Positions 12,220 through 22,963 of a stretch of DNA of 64,000 nt are shown in pieces; the first letter of the stretch is position 1, and each line of letters opens with the position of its first letter. This DNA is from Octopus sinensis (taxonomy: Eukaryota). Made by a program: the position numbers and the translations under genes. The DNA lies in assembly GCF_006345805.1 (NCBI RefSeq), contig NC_043002.1:45570001-45634000 (forward strand), given 5' to 3'. Below the pieces are notes generated by a model. That model made no database searches and was not told where the DNA came from. It saw only the letters and a list, made by a program, of their open reading frames with translations.

Positions 12220-13589
12220 TTAACCCTTTCATTGCCTGGCACAAAGCCACCTCACTCAAGACTACACTCCCACCTCAGTTGAAGGAGTCATGTCTTGTAA
12301 GTTACTTGGTGGCCTCACTGGTACAAGCACCACATAAAAAGTACCCACGACACCAAAGAGTATAAAGTGGTTGGCACCCAGCTGTAGAAACCATGCCAAT
12401 GCAGACATTAGAGCATCACACAGTCCTCTGGCTCACCAGCTCCTGTCAAACAGTACAACCCAGGCTGGCATGGAAAACATATGTGAAATGATGAACTTAG
12501 ACACAAGGGCTTGCATGAGAATAAGGTATAGTTATTCACAATAATTCACTGGAAGAATGGATAAACTGTAAAGTCAAGCCAGATAGGATATGAACACTGA
12601 ATGTGAGGGGCCGTAACTAAATGCCTCATGGTATTTTATGCAACATTTTACTGTTTCTACTAATTCATTGCCCTTTGTAACATCTGATATCAAATGGTTC
12701 GTTATTTTTGCTTTTACTTAGTATCTGAAGAAATCTGGTGGTTAAGAATATAAGGTTACAAATAATTACAAATACATGAAATAGAACATAAAGCTTTCCA
12801 GCTCACAATCTGAAGTGTTATAAGTCAAAAACAGTACTGCAAGAGACAATCTTACATTTAATGAAGTCTTTCCTAATTGTTAAAAAAAAAAATAAATGAA
12901 TAAATAAATGAAATTATATCAACATCATATCGATATTAGTAGAATAATGTTGAACATGAAGAGCAAATAAGCAGAAAGACAGTTATATAGAATTAGCATA
13001 GTACAAAGTTGAGCTGAACATTTAATTGAGAAATCTTGTGTGTACAATATCTTCTGGCTTCAGAATACACATGTTTGATCAATATTCTACGATTATTCTG
13101 TAGCAAGTGTATGAGGCAGCAGTAAGTTCTCAGTAAATGGGTTTTGCAGCCTGGTATTGATTTCCTCTTAATATTATTGTTTAATTGGAGAAGGAAACTA
13201 TATTCACCCACACAGCATACCGCCAGTCAGCACAGTCCTTTGTCATTCCCTTCATGTGGTGCAACAGCTTCAGATTTGTCTTCATCACTTTGTGAATGAG
13301 TGTGAAGTATTCTTCTCTTCATATTTGCACGTTAATTGTAAACACAAATTACAGTCATATAAACTGTCACTTATTTGCAATTCTCCTGAAAAGCATGTTT
13401 GGTCACTGAGTTACTTATTGTTCAAATGACAAGGGGAAATATTGCAATACTTTGTAATAAGTGAGCTGCAGATAAGAAGAGCATCCAGGCATAAAAAATT
13501 CACCTCAACATTTCATCTGATCCATGCAACCATTGAAAAATGGATGTGAGAATGAGGATATGACAATATACATATATTTGTGTGTGTGT

Positions 13590-13970
13590 GTGTATGGAAC
13601 CCTTGAAATGGTTGGCATCAGGAAGGTCATCTAGCCATTGTACCATACCAAATCAGATTAGAACCTAGTGCAGCTCCCCAGCTCACCAGTTTTCAGTCAA
13701 ACCATCCGAACCATGCCAGCATGGAAAACAAACGTTAAATTATGATGATGACGATGATGTCGACATCATTTTTACAACCACTTTCTATGCTGGCACAGGT
13801 TAGACATTTTGGCAGGATCCATTACACTGGAGAACCACATCTTGCTCTAGTGTCCCTGTTTTGGCATGGTTTCTTAGATTGCATACCCTTCCTGATGTCA
13901 ACCACTTTAAAGAGTGTGTTGAGTGCTGTTTTCATGGCACCAGCACAAATGAGACCATCTTGTAACTAAC
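13590..13970. mobile_element. Two tail-to-tail RTE 3'-end copies
   Basis: Plus copy ends gcatggaaaacaaacgttaaa-(gat)n; a minus copy follows. Confidence 0.6.
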
Positions 13971-14201
13971 AGAACTGAAGTGCATCCTCAACTTAAAAGG
14001 CAAATAGGAAATACTAGCTTAAAAGCTACCCTATCAGGCGGCTTTTAAGTAGCTCCTGTGGAGGGCTATTCATTGGGCATTGGGCCCAACAATGACACTT
14101 CAATGACACCACCATCACCAGTCTTTCGCATCGCTATCACCAGTCCCTGACTGCCTCAGCTACCACCACCACCACTATCATTACTGTTGCTTCCACCTCT
14201 A

Positions 14202-15962
14202 TCTTATAAATTAAATGGCAAGTTGTCTGTGTGTTGTGTGAACCACTTGTACTCCAACAATTTTCAATCAAATTTCACCAAATTTAACATGTGCTCTCTT
14301 TGACTTAGGACGCTTTTTCTTATAATTTTTCCTCAAAATTCCACGCCCCCAACTTAAATACACTACTCCCAATTCGCCTAGGATTTGAACCCACCACATC
14401 TATGCAACAGTACGTGTTTGATCTTATATATTTTAAAGGCAAGTTGTCTGTCTGTGTGTGTGTTGCGTGAACCACTTCTACAGTTTCCAACCGAAATTCA
14501 CCAAATTTGACATGTGCTCTCTTTGACTTAGGAGTCTTTTTATAATTTTTTCCTCAAAATTCCGTGTCCCCAAACATAATAGACTACTCTCAATTCATCT
14601 AGGGTTTGGCTTGAGCCAGCAAAAAAACATGACACACACCCAGCTGGAAAAATCAATACTTTACTTTGTCAGCTGTGGTGAGCTCTTATCAACTGCTTGC
14701 ACAGTACTGCCAGCAGTTTTCATTTGCAAGATACAATTTGCCTCTGTTTTCACATGAACGCTCTTTTTTATATAATTATTCCAACTTAACTAGCCACTTC
14801 AAAACTCTTACCCAAAATTAAAAATCCTTAATTCAGTCTGTTTGATTAACATTTTTGCCAACTACATTTTACTATTTTTTGGGTGCTACACATTCACTGC
14901 TTTTTCCTTAGGACTTTTTCTATTGCATAAACTGATAATTTTCCACCATGCCTCTATGCAAAAGATCTAATATAGGTCAGCACACAAATGCTGCAAAGAA
15001 AAGTAAATGTATGCATGCAAGTGAATCAGCTGAGAACGCAGCCGGGAGGAACTCACTCAATGCACTTAAGATGGCTTCAGCGCGAAGAAGGGAAAGTGAA
15101 AAGCAGCGTTGTGATCGGTTAGCACGTAATGCTGTGCAATGAGCTGCACAGAGCAACACCAACGTTCAGCACACCGAACATGATGTCTTCCTCTACACTC
15201 TGCACAAGCTTCAAAGACTGCAGCGCAACGTGCAGATCGACTTACAAGAGATGTTTCCCCAACTGCTGCTGCACAAGCTGCAAAGACTGCAGCACAATGC
15301 ACAGATCATCTTACAAAAGATGCTTCCTCAACTGCTGCTGCACAAGCTGCAGCACAATGTGCAGTTCGACTTACAAGAGATGCTGCAGCAACAGCTGCTA
15401 CACGCGCTATGGAGACTATAAGGAAAAGACAACAACTGGAAGCTATAACTCAGCAAAGGGCTGCACGACATTCCTACATAAGGCCATGCTCCTTGCATTG
15501 GTCAATGACAGCATTCAACTATGATCCTACAATTGACTACAGTAATCACCCTGACGTTCAAATAGGCTGCATGTCCAAAATCTGCCAATTTTGCGGGGTT
15601 AAAAAGTGGCCTGGAGAAACTCCTGGCATGTGCTGTAAGATTACAGCACCCCATCTACAAGATCCTCCACCCTTTTTGACTGATCTTCTAACAGGGGCGT
15701 CAACTTATTCTGATGACTTTCTCAAGCGGATATGTGCGTACAACTGCGCGTTCCAAATGACTTTCATTAAGGGCCAATATCATACGAGATGAGCATTTCA
15801 TGCCTTCCTTTAGAGTGCAGGGGCAGATTTACCATAGAACTGGCCCCTTGCAGCCACATGACGCTGCCTCGCCTCAGTTTCTTCAACTCTACTTCATGGG
15901 AGACTACACTGACCAGGCATGCTTAACAAACAGCCTAGGGCAACGCCGGGTATGCCTGCTAG
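14202..15962 (+). mobile_element. Internally deleted Helitron (Rep N-terminus only)
   Basis: Starts A|TCTTATA (5' end duplicated at 14422). Decayed Rep N-terminal motifs AFNYDPTIDY, IGCMSKICQFC..KWPGETPGMCC, YNCAFQMT, MPSFRVQGQIYH, PQFLQLYFMGD. Ends gggcaacgccgggtatgcctgCTAG|T. Confidence 0.85.
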
Positions 15963-16200
15963 TATATATAAAACTGAGAATGCATGTCTGTCTGTATGTG
16001 TGCATCACTAAAACTCAAGAACTACCCAACATACTTTATTCAAATTTTACACATCCCTTACTTAGGGTCCATGCAGTCTCATGGGCTAAAAAAATTTTCA
16101 ACTTGTTGCCTAATGCAAGCCCAGAGCAATCTCTTATCTCTTACATTGCTTCCGGATTATGTGTTAAAAGTGAAACAATAACATCTCTATTAATACTTTC
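15963..16200 (+). mobile_element. Second Helitron-like 5' end in tandem
   Basis: tatatataaaactgagaatgcatgtctgtctgtatgtg directly after CTAG, with the same architecture as the 14202/14422 ends. Confidence 0.5.
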
Positions 16201-16284
16201 ACTATTATATTGTTTCAATTTCAATTACTTTCAACTCCACTACCACACACACAAACACAATTTCCCACATATGTACAAGATATA

Positions 16285-16297
16285 TATACATATATAG

Positions 16298-16370
<73 letters not shown>

Positions 16371-16382
16371 TATAGATATACA
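16285..16382. repeat. (CA)n/(TA)n microsatellite
   Basis: Direct inspection. Similar tracts at 17630, 20938, 22860, 25710, 25885, 30885, 52840, 53160 and 60560. Confidence 0.95.
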
Positions 16383-16530
16383 TAGTTATTTTATTTTAAG
16401 AAATATAGTTAAATGCTTTTTGATTATTTATAGTTAAAAGTATTTTTATAGATTTATTTGATAATTAGTATAAGTTAAGATAAGTACATTTATTCTATTA
16501 TCATTTTATACTGTTTTTTTCTTATTTATT

Positions 16531-16660
16531 ATCTTAGACCTGATGAGTGACTATATATTTAAATAGAATTAATGAATTTGATTTCATTTTAAATCAAATT
16601 GAATTTATAATTATTATTACCTATTTGAAAATATAGCCACGAAACGTACATAGTGCTTTT
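16531..16660 (+). ncRNA. Candidate type I minimal hammerhead ribozyme (Penelope pLTR-like)
   Basis: CTGATGA at 16540, 20-bp stem II (18/20 paired) with an inner perfect 10-bp hairpin, then C-GAAA-CGTACATA at 16640. Confidence 0.55.
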
Positions 16661-16871
16661 GCAACTATTTAATTTTTACTGTACTTTATAGATTTTTAGA
16701 ATAAGATTTTTTTTAACAGTATAACTTTTCTATATGGTGTGAATAAAATCTTTCTTTATTGAAATGTTTAACAGAGGTTTTTCTCTAAATTATATACATA
16801 TAAATATATACATATATATATACATAAATATATACATATACACACATAAATACATGTATATATATATATAT

Positions 16872-17237
16872 CATCATCATCATTTAGCGTCCGTTTTCCA
16901 TGCTAGCATGGGTTGGACGGTTCAACTGGGGTCTGGGGAGCCCAAAGGCTGCACCAGGCCAGTCAGATCTGGCAGTGTTTCTACAGCTGGATGCCCTTCC
17001 TAACGCCAACCACTCCGAGAGTGTAGTGGGTGATTTTATGTGCCACCGACACAGGTGCCAGACAAGGCTGGCGAACGGCCACGCTCGGATGGTGTTTTTA
17101 TGTGCCACCGACACAGGTGCCAGACGAGGCTGGCAGACGGCCACGCTCGGATGGTGTTTTTATGTGCCACCGACACAGGTGCCAGATGAGGCTGGCGGAC
17201 GGCCACGATCGGATGGTGTTTGTTACGTCCCCAAAGC
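16872..17237 (-). mobile_element. Short 5'-truncated RTE copy (3' UTR only)
   Basis: (ATG)n tail, near-identical to 18797-19110, three ~61-bp units, TA tracts on both sides. Confidence 0.9.
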
Positions 17238-17311
17238 ACGGATATATATATACATATACATACATATGCATATACACACATATATATACATATATATTGA
17301 TTTGATTTTGA

Positions 17312-17348
<37 letters not shown>

Positions 17349-17626
17349 TACATGTACATATACATATATATAAACACACATATATATATATAAATATATA
17401 TATTTAAGCATATACATATATATATACACATATATATATGCATACATCTACATATTGATACATATATAGACATACATATACATACATAGATATATACATA
17501 CATATACAAATATATACGTATACATATATATATATTCTATTTCTATTCCTGAGCGCTATACTAATACATTTGTTTGTTTGTACTCCACCTGCCTTCATCT
17601 TTTGTTTATTTTCGTAAACTTTCCTG

Positions 17627-17686
<60 letters not shown>

Positions 17687-17737
17687 AGATATACCAAATA
17701 TATACATGTATATACATATATGGTATATATAACTGGG

Positions 17738-18115
17738 GTCCAGGAAACCAGGGGGCTGCACGAAGCCCCAATCTGATCTGGCAGACTTTCTACAGCTGGA
17801 TGCACTTCCTAACTCCAACCACACTGAGAGTGTAGTGGGTGCTTTGTACATGTCACCAGCACAGGAGCAAGAGAAGCTGGCATCAGCCACGATTGGATGG
17901 TCCTTTTTATGTACCCCCAGTATGGAAGCCAGTCCAGGTGGCACTGGCATCGGCTACGTTCAGACGGTGCTTTTTACGTGCCACTGGCATGGGAGTCACA
18001 ACTACAATTTCTGTTTGATTGTAATTTGATTTGATTTTGATACTGAAGTTGATGTTGATTTACTTGACTCAAAAGGTCGCCTTACAATCCAAGGTAGTTT
18101 TGAGTGGGCAGTTAT
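17738..18115 (-). mobile_element. RTE 3' UTR copy, older
   Basis: Same 3' motif set plus (gattt)n tract. Confidence 0.75.
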
Positions 18116-18796
18116 GAGACACTAACTTAAGTTATAACTGTGAACTCACTTTATTCTTCATCAGAGTATTAATTATTGTAGAAATACAGGGGGAAGTAAG
18201 AGGATAAAAGTAGAAGTGAGATACATAGGGATATTGTATTTGCAGTTTCGTTATTCAAGTAGTATGGTGTATATAAGTGGTGAAGAAGTTTCTTGTAGTC
18301 GGTGCGTGAGTTCGAATGGTAGTTACATTTGGCCATTCAAAGCATAGAGCACTGCAAACAGTCTTGCTCGATCAATGGGGTTGTTTGGTGAATTCAAATT
18401 TGGGAATGTGTTCGTAAATTTAATGGATAGATGGAGGGAGGAGATTTGTGTATGACTGGAAAGAGGAGATAGGTCAAATCAAAAACAGGAAGAGAGAATG
18501 GGAAGAAAAAAAAAAAGAAAAAACAAAAAGGGAGGGAAACATATATATATACATTCATGCATATATATACACACACACACATACACATATATATATATAT
18601 ACACACATATATAAGCATACACATACATATATATACACACATATTTACACATATATATACACATATATATATACATATACATATATGCATATACACATAT
18701 ATATACATACATATACATATATGCATATACATATATATATATACATATACATACATATACACATATATACATTCATATATATATATATATATATAT

Positions 18797-20937
18797 ATCA
18801 TCATCATCATCATCATCGTTTAACGTCCGCTTTCCATGCTAGCATGGGTTGGACGGTTCAACTGGGGTCTGGCAAGCCCGAAGGCTGCACCAGGCCAGTC
18901 AGATCTGGCAGTGTTTCTACAGCTGGATGCCCTTCCTAACGCCAACCACTCCGAGAGTGTAGTGGGTGATTTTATGTGCCACCGACACAGGTGCCAGACG
19001 AGGCTGGCAGACGGCCACGCTCGGATGGTGTTTTTTTATGTGCCACCGACACAGGTGCCAGACGGGGCTGGCGGACGGCCACGCTCAGATGGTGTTTGTT
19101 ACGTGCCCTCAGCACGGAGGCCAGTCGTTGCGGTACTGGCTACGATCACGTTCGGATGGTTTTCTTATGTGCCACCGGCACTGGTACCACAAGGATACAA
19201 ATTCCATTGATGTTCATCTATTTTGATTTGGTTCGATTTGATTTGATTTGATTTGATTCGATTCGATTCGATTCTCACTTGCCTCAACAGGTCTTCACAA
19301 GTGTCACAAGAAGGAAGGTATGCACAGGTGGACTGACTACGTCCCAGGTAGGGGCCACGGATTATGGCTTCACTAGTCTTGCCGGGTCTTCTCACGCACA
19401 GCATACTTCCATAAGTCTCGGTCTCTAGTCATTTCCATGGTGAGACCTAACGTCCGAAGGTCGTGCTTCACCACTTCGTCCCAGGTTTTCCTGGGTCTAC
19501 CTCTTCCACGGGTTCCCTCAACTGCTAGGGATTGGCACTTTCTCACACACCTATCTTCATCCATTCTCGCCACATGACCATACCAGCGCAATCGTCTCTC
19601 TTGCACACAACAACTGATGCTTCTTAGGTACAACATTTCTCTCAAGGTACTAACGCTCTGTCGAGTAAGTACACTGACATTACACATCCATCGGAGCATA
19701 CTGGCTTCGTTCCTCACGAGCTTACGCATGTCCTCAGCAGTCACGGCCCATGTTTCACTGCCATGTAGCATAGCTGTTCGTACACATGCATCATACAGTC
19801 TGCCTTTTACTCTGAGCGAGAGGCCTTTAGTCACCAGCAGAGGTAAGAGCTCCCTAAACTTTGCCCAGGCTATTCTTATTCTAGCAGTTACACTTTCAGC
19901 GCACCCGCCCCCACTACTAACTTGGTCACCTAGATAGCGGAAGCTATCAACTACTTCTAGTTTTTCCCCCCGGAAAGTGACGGAAGTTGTTTTCTGCAGA
20001 TTTTCGGAGGTCAATGCTCCAGAGCATCTGCCACATACAAAAACTATCTTCCCAGTTAGCCTACCTTTGACATTGCTGCACCTCTTATGTGTCCATAGCT
20101 TACACTGGGTACATCTTATAGAGTTTCTACCTACACCTTTTCTACAGATCGAGCAGGGCCATCTTCCTGAGGATATTTGTGGATTTTCTAACTTTCTACT
20201 TATTAGTACTTTGGTTTTAGCTAGGTTGACTCTAAGGCCCCTCGATTCTAAACCCTCCTTCCACACCTGGAACTTCTCCTCCAGTTCTGATAGTGACTCA
20301 GCGATTAGAGCGAGGTCGTCAGCATAGAGGAGCTCCCAGGGGCAACCTGTCTTGAATTCCTCCACAATTGCCTGGAGGACTATGATAAATAGGAGACGGC
20401 TGAGTACTGAACCCTGGTGGACCCCAACCTCTACCTTGAATTCTTCTGTGTACATGCTGCCAACTCTAACCTTACTTACGGCATCTCTGTACATGGCTTG
20501 CACAGCCCTCACCAGCCATTCATCTATCCCTAGTTTCCTCATTGACCACCAGATGAGGGATCGGGGGACCCTATCAAAGGCTTTCTCCATGTCAACGAAA
20601 GCCAGGTACAGGGGCTTATCTTTGGCTAGGTATTTCTCCTGCAGCTGCCTTACCAGGAATATAGCATCAGTGGTGCTTTTCCCTGGCACAAACCCAAACT
20701 GCATCTCATCTAAACTAACTCTCTCTCTAATTAGTTGGGCTATGACCCTCTCCGTAACCTTCATTACCTGATCCAACAGCTTGATACCTCTGTAATTATT
20801 TGTATCCAGGGCATCACCTTTACCTTTGTAGCAGTTGACTAGTATGCTGCTACACCAGTCATTGGGTATGACTCCTTCGTGTATCACCTGGTTGACTATA
20901 CGGGTGACTAGGTTATAGCCGACACTGCCAGATATTT
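18797..20937 (-). mobile_element. Young 5'-truncated RTE-clade LINE
   Basis: Intact RT frame, 3' UTR with (gattc/gattt)n and hairpin repeats, (ATG)n tail, (TA)n on both sides. Confidence 0.95.
19373..20935 (-). CDS. RTE reverse transcriptase (5'-truncated, no APE), with PHD-type finger
   Basis: NYRGIKLL, QFGFVPGKST, FVDMEKAFDRV, GVHQGSVLS, YADDLAL, FRYLG, RRLRWYGHVARM, GRGRPRKTW. The frame stays open 16 codons upstream of the track ORF. Confidence 0.95.
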   Translation of the reverse strand: MSGSVGYNLVTRIVNQVIHEGVIPNDWCSSILVNCYKGKGDALDTNNYRGIKLLDQVMKVTERVIAQLIRERVSLDEMQFGFVPGKSTTDAIFLVRQLQEKYLAKDKPLYLAFVDMEKAFDRVPRSLIWWSMRKLGIDEWLVRAVQAMYRDAVSKVRVGSMYTEEFKVEVGVHQGSVLSRLLFIIVLQAIVEEFKTGCPWELLYADDLALIAESLSELEEKFQVWKEGLESRGLRVNLAKTKVLISRKLENPQISSGRWPCSICRKGVGRNSIRCTQCKLWTHKRCSNVKGRLTGKIVFVCGRCSGALTSENLQKTTSVTFRGEKLEVVDSFRYLGDQVSSGGGCAESVTARIRIAWAKFRELLPLLVTKGLSLRVKGRLYDACVRTAMLHGSETWAVTAEDMRKLVRNEASMLRWMCNVSVLTRQSVSTLREMLYLRSISCCVQERRLRWYGHVARMDEDRCVRKCQSLAVEGTRGRGRPRKTWDEVVKHDLRTLGLTMEMTRDRDLWKYAVREKTRQD

Positions 20938-21149
20938 ATATATATATATATATATATAAACACACACACACATATATATATACAACAAAAGAGGGGGTGA
21001 CATTTCCACGCAGGAAAAATATAGGAAAATGTATTGCTGAAAATGCACCTAAATTTCAAAAACTCTTAAGTGTTTAAAATACATTTATTCACATATATAC
21101 CAAGCAAATTTCAACAACATTTTTTTTTTGTTTATCAATGGCAAAAGTT

Positions 21150-21400
21150 TAAAATTAGAAAAACATCTTTAAAAGTTTCAATGTTGACAAATTAAAATGT
21201 TTCAATGTTGTTTTTAAATTTTGAGAGTTGTCCAATGTTATGTGGTCATCCAGGTAGCGTTTCCAATTGGTGAGTAAGTATTTTTGGAAGTTGTCTCCAA
21301 ATTTCAATCTAGCATGTTCATATATTTGGACTTCCAAGGTAGGCAAAAGTAGGTGCTACCCTTGTTCCCATTACCGTGCCTGATTTTTTATCTATAAGTG
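21150..21400 (-). mobile_element. Penelope-like element RT fragment
   Basis: Minus-strand translation GTVMGTRVAPTFAY...LEVQIYE...NWKRYLDD matches PLE RT motifs B' and C. Confidence 0.7.
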
Positions 21401-21779
21401 TTTCCTCATTCTACCTTTATTACTCAAGTGGAGTGAAGTAATAGGTAGATGAAAATGAAGTACTTGGGTATATCTCTAGGCTTTGTCAGAGATTATAAAG
21501 TACATAATGTTAAGTTATAAATAAATATAAAAATAAAATAAATAAAAATACACATACATTTGAATACTTATATATATAGATATACACAAATACTTGTATT
21601 AATAATTGGGTATTCTACCAGCAGTACATTGGATAGATATTATCCCTTAGTGGGTTGGATTCACAACCTCTAACTTATACACACATATATATACATACAT
21701 ATTTATACATATATATACACATATGTGTCCATGTATATATATATATATACACACATATATGTACATACATATACATACG

Positions 21780-21815
<36 letters not shown>

Positions 21816-21981
21816 CATGTACACACATATATATACATACTTATATGTACATATGTATATATACATACATTTATATGTATATATACATACATACATTTAT
21901 ATGTATATATACATACATACATTTATATATATATATATACATATATATATATACACATATACACACAGACATATATATATA

Positions 21982-22680
21982 AACTTAGATATGTTTCGAC
22001 CAAAGATTGGTCCAGGCCATGTCTAACTTAATAGCACCACCTGATAGGAATATCTAAATCCTGTTTAAGTCAAGTTTTGTTTATGGTCCATTCAAGTAGT
22101 GAGTTTTTGTTGGGTGAATTGTATCCAATTATGGGTGGCTTATCTGGTATTCCTTGAAGGAATCTATCCAGACTCCGTTTAAAGTTGATGGGATCCTTTT
22201 CCTCTTTGATGTCTTTCGGGACAATGTTAAATAGGGCAGGGCCTGTTGAGGAAAAGAAATTATGTTGCAGTGTACATGTATGCTGTGATCTTGAATTGGA
22301 CAGTGGACGTATGGCCCGTGGTCCCAGTCTTGGATGAACCTTGAAGTTAATGTTCAGGTCGTTTCGGCAAAGTTACCGGTATATTCTCCACATCATACAA
22401 ATGCTGTACCGTTCACGGCGACACTGGAGAGAGTAGAGTTTCAAGGCTTTAAGGCAGTTCCAATAATCGAAAGCAGCCATGCCGACAATTCGTTTAGTGA
22501 GTGCCCTCTGGGGTGATTCAATCCTCGAGATGTTTTGTCTTGTATGAGGAGACCACAGTGGGCAGCAGTATTCGAGGTGTGGCCGTACAAAGGAGGAGAA
22601 AAGTGGTATGATGACACCTTGTTCTCTGGACCAGAAAGTTCTTAAGATCCAGGAACTCATCCTACGAGCTATATCGACCT
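21982..22680 (-). mobile_element. CR1/L2-group LINE 3' fragment with intact 3' end
   Basis: FSSFVRPHLEYCCPLWSP...LKALKLYSLQCRRERY, followed by a 3' UTR ending in a stem-loop; flanked by TA tracts. Confidence 0.85.
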
Positions 22681-22863
22681 TATGTACATATATATATATA
22701 CATACACATATATATATATACATACATGTACATATATACATAATAAAACTTTATATATAAAGAACGTGAAATTCACGAATTGACGAACACATACCCATAT
22801 ATACATATATATACCCATATATATATACATACATAAACATATATATACACACACACACACATA

Positions 22864-22908
<45 letters not shown>

Positions 22909-22963
22909 GTATACATATATACATATTTATGTACATATATACACACATATATATATACATATA

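Noticed and set aside
15129-15524. Cys-rich ORF resembling metallothionein or keratin-associated protein
   Set aside because: Alternative frame of the Helitron N-terminal repeat.
17030-17230. CRISPR-like palindromic repeat-spacer arrays (also 18965, 25040, 53650, 59140)
   Set aside because: The spacers are homologous to each other, the arrays lie inside RTE 3' UTRs, there are no cas genes, and the DNA is eukaryotic.
18115-18470. Possible LINE C-terminal remnant on the minus strand
   Set aside because: No diagnostic motif could be recognised.
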